Origin: Lama glama
Taxonomy: Eukaryota
DNA: 64,000 nucleotides
Direction: 5' to 3'
Assembly: GCA_028534125.1 (NCBI GenBank)
Contig: CM052817.1
Location: 80,540,001-80,604,000 of the forward strand
Part shown: piece by piece, positions 59,790 through 64,000 of the stretch
How the letters are laid out: every line of letters begins with the position of its first letter
Numbering within the stretch: position 1 is the first letter of the stretch
Notes under the pieces: model-generated
What the model saw: the letters and a program-made list of their open reading frames with translations, nothing else
The model's database searches: none
Told to the model about the DNA's origin: nothing
Program-made: the position numbers and the translations under genes

Positions 59790-59968
59790 GCTTTCCTGCT
59801 GATTAGCTGTGTGGCTCTGGGCAAGTTTCTTAACCTGTCTGAGCCTCAGTTTCCTCAACTGTAAAATAGAGATCATAATGCCTACTTTGTGGTATTTGGT
59901 TGTGAGTATTTGATGTTTATAGTGTAAAGATGTCTGGCAAAGCAGTGAGCCCTCAGTAAATACCATCT
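59790..59968 (+). mobile_element. MIR SINE
   Basis: tagctgtgtggctctgggcaagtttcttaacctgtctgagcctcagtttcctcaactgtaaaat. Confidence 0.85.
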
Positions 59969-62900
59969 GTTTCCACTCCTATCTCACTCCCTTGTTCTCT
60001 TCCTTATTTTACACTTGCTTAATAGTACTTGAAGTTGGGCATGACGCTTTACTTCTCTGAACCTCATTTCTAAAATGAGGAGGTAATGTCTCTAGGTTCC
60101 TCCGGGTTCTGAACTTGTAGAGTCTCATGAAGTATGAAAGGAAATATTTGTAGTCAACCACCAGGAGTGTTAATCGACAAAGGCATGGTTTTTGAAGGCT
60201 CAGACGCGCCACTGTCAGACGGTGCTCTGATAGTGCCTCCTCGGTGCTGTTGAGTATTGAATCTTCATGTTGTATTTCCCAGAATCCTGGTTGGAATAGT
60301 TGCAGATTCAGGTTGTGGGATGGTGAGCTCTCTGTTGGTGGAATGGGTGCATATTCTACAGTCCTTCTCCAGTTTCTGGTTTTGCTCTGGGAGACCTTTA
60401 TCATCCCGGAGCTCAAGAGATCCCTGAAGGCAAGACATTGGTTTTTCAGTCTTGTAATCCTGGTGATCAACAGGCTGCCCAGAAGGTAGGAGGTGTTCAG
60501 TCAGAGTTGTGAATGAATCAATCAAGTTGACATCATTTACTGACCATCTCCCCAGGCCAGAGGCTGTGCTAGAACATTACTTGTATTTATTGTGATACAA
60601 TTCAAGTACAAATCAGGCAGCAGTTTTCTTCATGTACTTTGGAAAAGTAGATGTAAGAAGGCTGTCCCCTGCCAGATTTCTTCCCTCTGCTTCTCCAGCC
60701 TTCTGCTGACCTGTATCCTCAGCCCCACGGTACTTTGATGACGTATCACATCGTAACCTGGTATTTGAAAGGACTATAGGCATTTAGAATGCAGGTGCCT
60801 CATGGCCTTCGCTGTCTGCACGACAGTGTGATCTCCTCCACAAAATGATTTGTGTTCTGCTGGAGCTGGAGCTGGAGCTCAGCCGCTCTTGCAGGATCCT
60901 GTGTTTGATGTTCCTGGTTGCCCCCAGAAGCTCCAGTTATCTCTTGATTATCCAAGAGATGGGGTTATCACCTGGCTCCCAGCCTCGTGGGGACTGGCCT
61001 GCTCCTTAGCATCTCTGCCAGAGGGCGGGAGAGGGAAAGCAAAAAAAGCTGAAACTCAAACCAGTGTATTTTGCTGCTTGGATACAGTTCTGGTAAACGG
61101 CTGGACCAGAGGAGAAGAAGACTGAAGTGGTCCAATTCGCACAGCTATCTGCCCATTTCCCAAAGGTTCTGCTGGCTAGCGGGTTTGAGGCGAGGAAGTG
61201 GCTCAGGTGTGGTTTCAGGGCTGGATGTTGCCTCTCTCATCAGAAAAGATGGGATCAAATCTATAGGTCATTCCTATGTTTGAAAAAGTGGTTGACCAGA
61301 CTTCTATGTATGATTCTTGCTGGAACACCCCGGGTAGGGCCTGTGTGCCAATTGTGTGGCGGTGTAAGGTAGAGGGTGGCAGGAGGGGTGGCTGTGGTTG
61401 TTTTCATCTCAAGTTCCTTGACATTTGGGGCATGAGACAGAAGAATATAGTTTTGGTCTGGCGTTCTACGACTATCCAGCTGGGTTATTTTTTCTTTCCT
61501 CCTTTTTTATGGGGTAGTTTACGGTTTAGGTTTTCTTTTTTAACCACAGAACCTAATTTAATTGTGGTATTTAAAAAATTATTATTTTGTATATGTGCCC
61601 AGAGCTTTTGGGGTTATTGGTAAACTTGAAAAGATACCACAGTGCATATAAACATATATAATTTAAGAACCAGTCATGACTGAGGCTTATTACATCCTTT
61701 GGAAAATTCTTACTTGGGAGCAATTCTAATTAACAAGAAATTTTCTGGTTTCCTTCTTGCATGCTTTATTAATAATAATGCTATTAGTCAGATAGAATCT
61801 TTTTTTTCCCTCCTAGGAATAATCTTTTCCTATTCCCTTTTTCAATAGCCAATTCTATTGCAATTGCCTTTAATAAAAAGTGTGGTGTATTTGTGATGAC
61901 AAACAGCTAACCTGATCAAGATAAGAACAGTTGGATTCTTAAAAAGGAGAAATTTTTCAGATTTTTTCGAAAATAATAAACTCAGTGAAAATGAGTTCCT
62001 GTAGGGAAACTTCATTAAAGTGCAATTGGTTTATTCAAAAAAAATCTTAAAAGTTAAAGGATATGCTCTTCCCCCGGGTAACTAAATTTCCTGGGTGGTG
62101 GTGGTGTTTAAATAAAGAGATTGGATAACTCACTTGGCTCTTCAAAACTATTTTATTTTTCCTGTCATTTGAATTCCAGGTTAAGACAGTTGAATTCTTT
62201 TAAGTAAGGAGGAGACTAATGTCTGAGTGAAACACTGATAAAATGTACTGCATATTTCTGACTGTGCTTGGGACCACGGTGACCAAGAGTGGTGAGGCTG
62301 TGAGTTTCTGGTATTCGGAGGCAGTGGTAACTTGATTCTTCATTCTTGAAAGTGTCAGGATCTAGTGAAGAAGAGGCTGTTGTGTAGGAAAGGTGTGATC
62401 GCAGCTCAGTTCTAAGATGTAAGACGCACACAGTGAGCCTCTGAGTGCATCCACCACAGCTGATGGTGGCCCTTTTTAACTTCAGGCATGGGAATTTATT
62501 TGAGGTAATTATTTATTTTATTTTTTCTGGCATGGAAATTTGCGTTATAAAATAATATTTATTAGCAAAATCAGTTGCTCGATGTCAACTGAGGGTTTAA
62601 AAATGAATTAAGCTTGTAATATTTCTTGGAGCTATTTTGTGCTGTAGCCCTAAACACTGAGAACTTAAGCCTTTAAGAAGGTTCTACTTGATACAACGAA
62701 GCAGCATCCAGTGCTAGTGTCAGCATCATTTCTAGAAATCCTTTTAAAACATCTATAGCAACTATTTATTGATGTTATTATAAGAAATGATAAAATGCAT
62801 AGGAAAACACTATTTACAATGGATATTTGCTTAATATTCAGTACATATAAACCTGAACTCAATCTTCAGCACATGAGCTGTAGTATCTGCCAGGATGGGT

Positions 62901-63469
62901 GTGTGTCTCCCATTGGAAGACTGTCTTTCCCAGGCATCACTTCCTTGGAAATAGGCTTTGTTTGTGATCACACGGCTGTTGGATTAGACATGAGTCACAT
63001 TTGATATGCTGTGACCACCATCCTTCTAAAGGGTTCTCTGCCCAGCTTCAGGTGTATCAGTGTTGGGAAAGGAAGTGGTAGTAACAAGTTATCATAAATA
63101 CAGGAGAGAGATCGTTTGTCTCAATGAATAGCTGAAGGAAGCTGCAGGACTTCTAGTCTCTTCTCCTAGATCCTCATTCTGCTCGTGATGGTTAATACTT
63201 GTGGAAGATCTTCTTAGCTAGGGAAAGGCTTAATGACGTTTCATACTTCTTAATTCAGTTCTTTCTGTGTCACCAAGGAGCCACTTTCCTGTGTTGTCTA
63301 AACTTTGTAATTTTTAAAGTAGAGATACTAAAATATGTTGAGAAAATGAGTAGACGTTTGCAAAGTAGTTGAGCTAATTCAAGATTTAGAAAACCATGCT
63401 GTGGGTTCTCAGGGAATATTAAACAGCATTGGCTATGTACCTCCATCTAGTTAGGAATGCTGATGGAAG

Positions 63470-63680
63470 AAACTCAGATTTATTGGTTGTCTGCTATGAA
63501 CCAGACACCTTGCAAGGTCCTTATATGTCCTAGCATGTTTAATCCCTTGCGGTGGTATTACTAGCTCTATTTTAAAGATGAAGTAACTGAGATTTTTAAA
63601 GGTTTAACCAAATTTCCTAAGGTCACACAGGTAGTAAGTGGCCAGCCAATCTTTCATGAAAACTCATGTCTACAGTCTGT
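63470..63680 (-). mobile_element. MIR SINE
   Basis: tattttaaagatgaagtaactgag...ctaaggtcacacaggtagtaagtggc. Confidence 0.75.
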
Positions 63681-64000
63681 TTCTTTAGAATTCCTAGGTC
63701 TTTGCTGCTAGACAGAAAGATAGTCTTTGGCAAATCTACAGTATTAGATATTTAAGCAAATTCCCCATGAGTGCAATTATAAAGCAGCATTCTACGTGAC
63801 ACAGATATTATATACGTACTCATTACCATCAGCCTCTCCTCTATCAAGCAGCCAGCCTGGTCCTGGGAGTCTTCCTTCATGAAATGTATTAGATTGATCT
63901 TCTGTTGATTGCAAAAGCTAAAATGCTATTCAGGCTCTGAAAACAGCATTTGAATAGTTAACTGGTCCCTGTTGATGCTGGTCCTTGTTGAGAAGTATGA

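Noticed and set aside
15700..64000. Naming the host gene
   Set aside because: The layout resembles genes with several promoters and multi-exon 5' UTRs, but no coding exon is visible and I could not verify any identity from sequence alone. A BLAST of 47230-47580, 50040-50110 or 59190-59540 would settle it.
1..64000. CRISPR arrays, operons or other prokaryotic or viral systems
   Set aside because: There is no repeat-spacer periodicity or dense coding, the content is typical eutherian repeats, and the ERVs are solo LTRs without gag/pol/env.

Overview
Mammalian genomic DNA, most likely camelid: it carries four tRNA-Ala-derived SINEs of the Vic-1 type, and I saw no Alu, Bov-A/Bov-tA or PRE1-type SINEs. 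I can support no protein-coding exon. The supplied ORFs are chance frames, frames through a GC-rich promoter, or decayed L1 fragments. The window is a mosaic of old eutherian repeats (MIR, L2, L1ME/L1MC, MLT1, ERVL LTRs, MER5/MER58/MER81) and younger insertions (L1 3' ends with target-site duplications, solo ERV1 LTRs, SINEs). A CpG-rich promoter-like block lies at about 15.7-16.4 kb. Further motif-dense blocks lie at about 22.3-23.9, 36.4-37.1 and 47.2-47.6 kb. Several + strand splice-site pairs, notably a 30-nt micro-exon at 50067-50096, suggest the 5' non-coding or intronic part of a large + strand gene that I cannot name. The best unexplained structures are a 118-nt fold-back at 58286-58403 (29-bp arms, 27/29 matching), a ~210-bp local duplication inserted into an MLT1 LTR, an internal-LTR-internal MaLR arrangement, and a twin-primed L1. 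I found no convincing novel biological system. Repeat family names come from recalled consensus similarity and boundaries are approximate unless a TSD is quoted.
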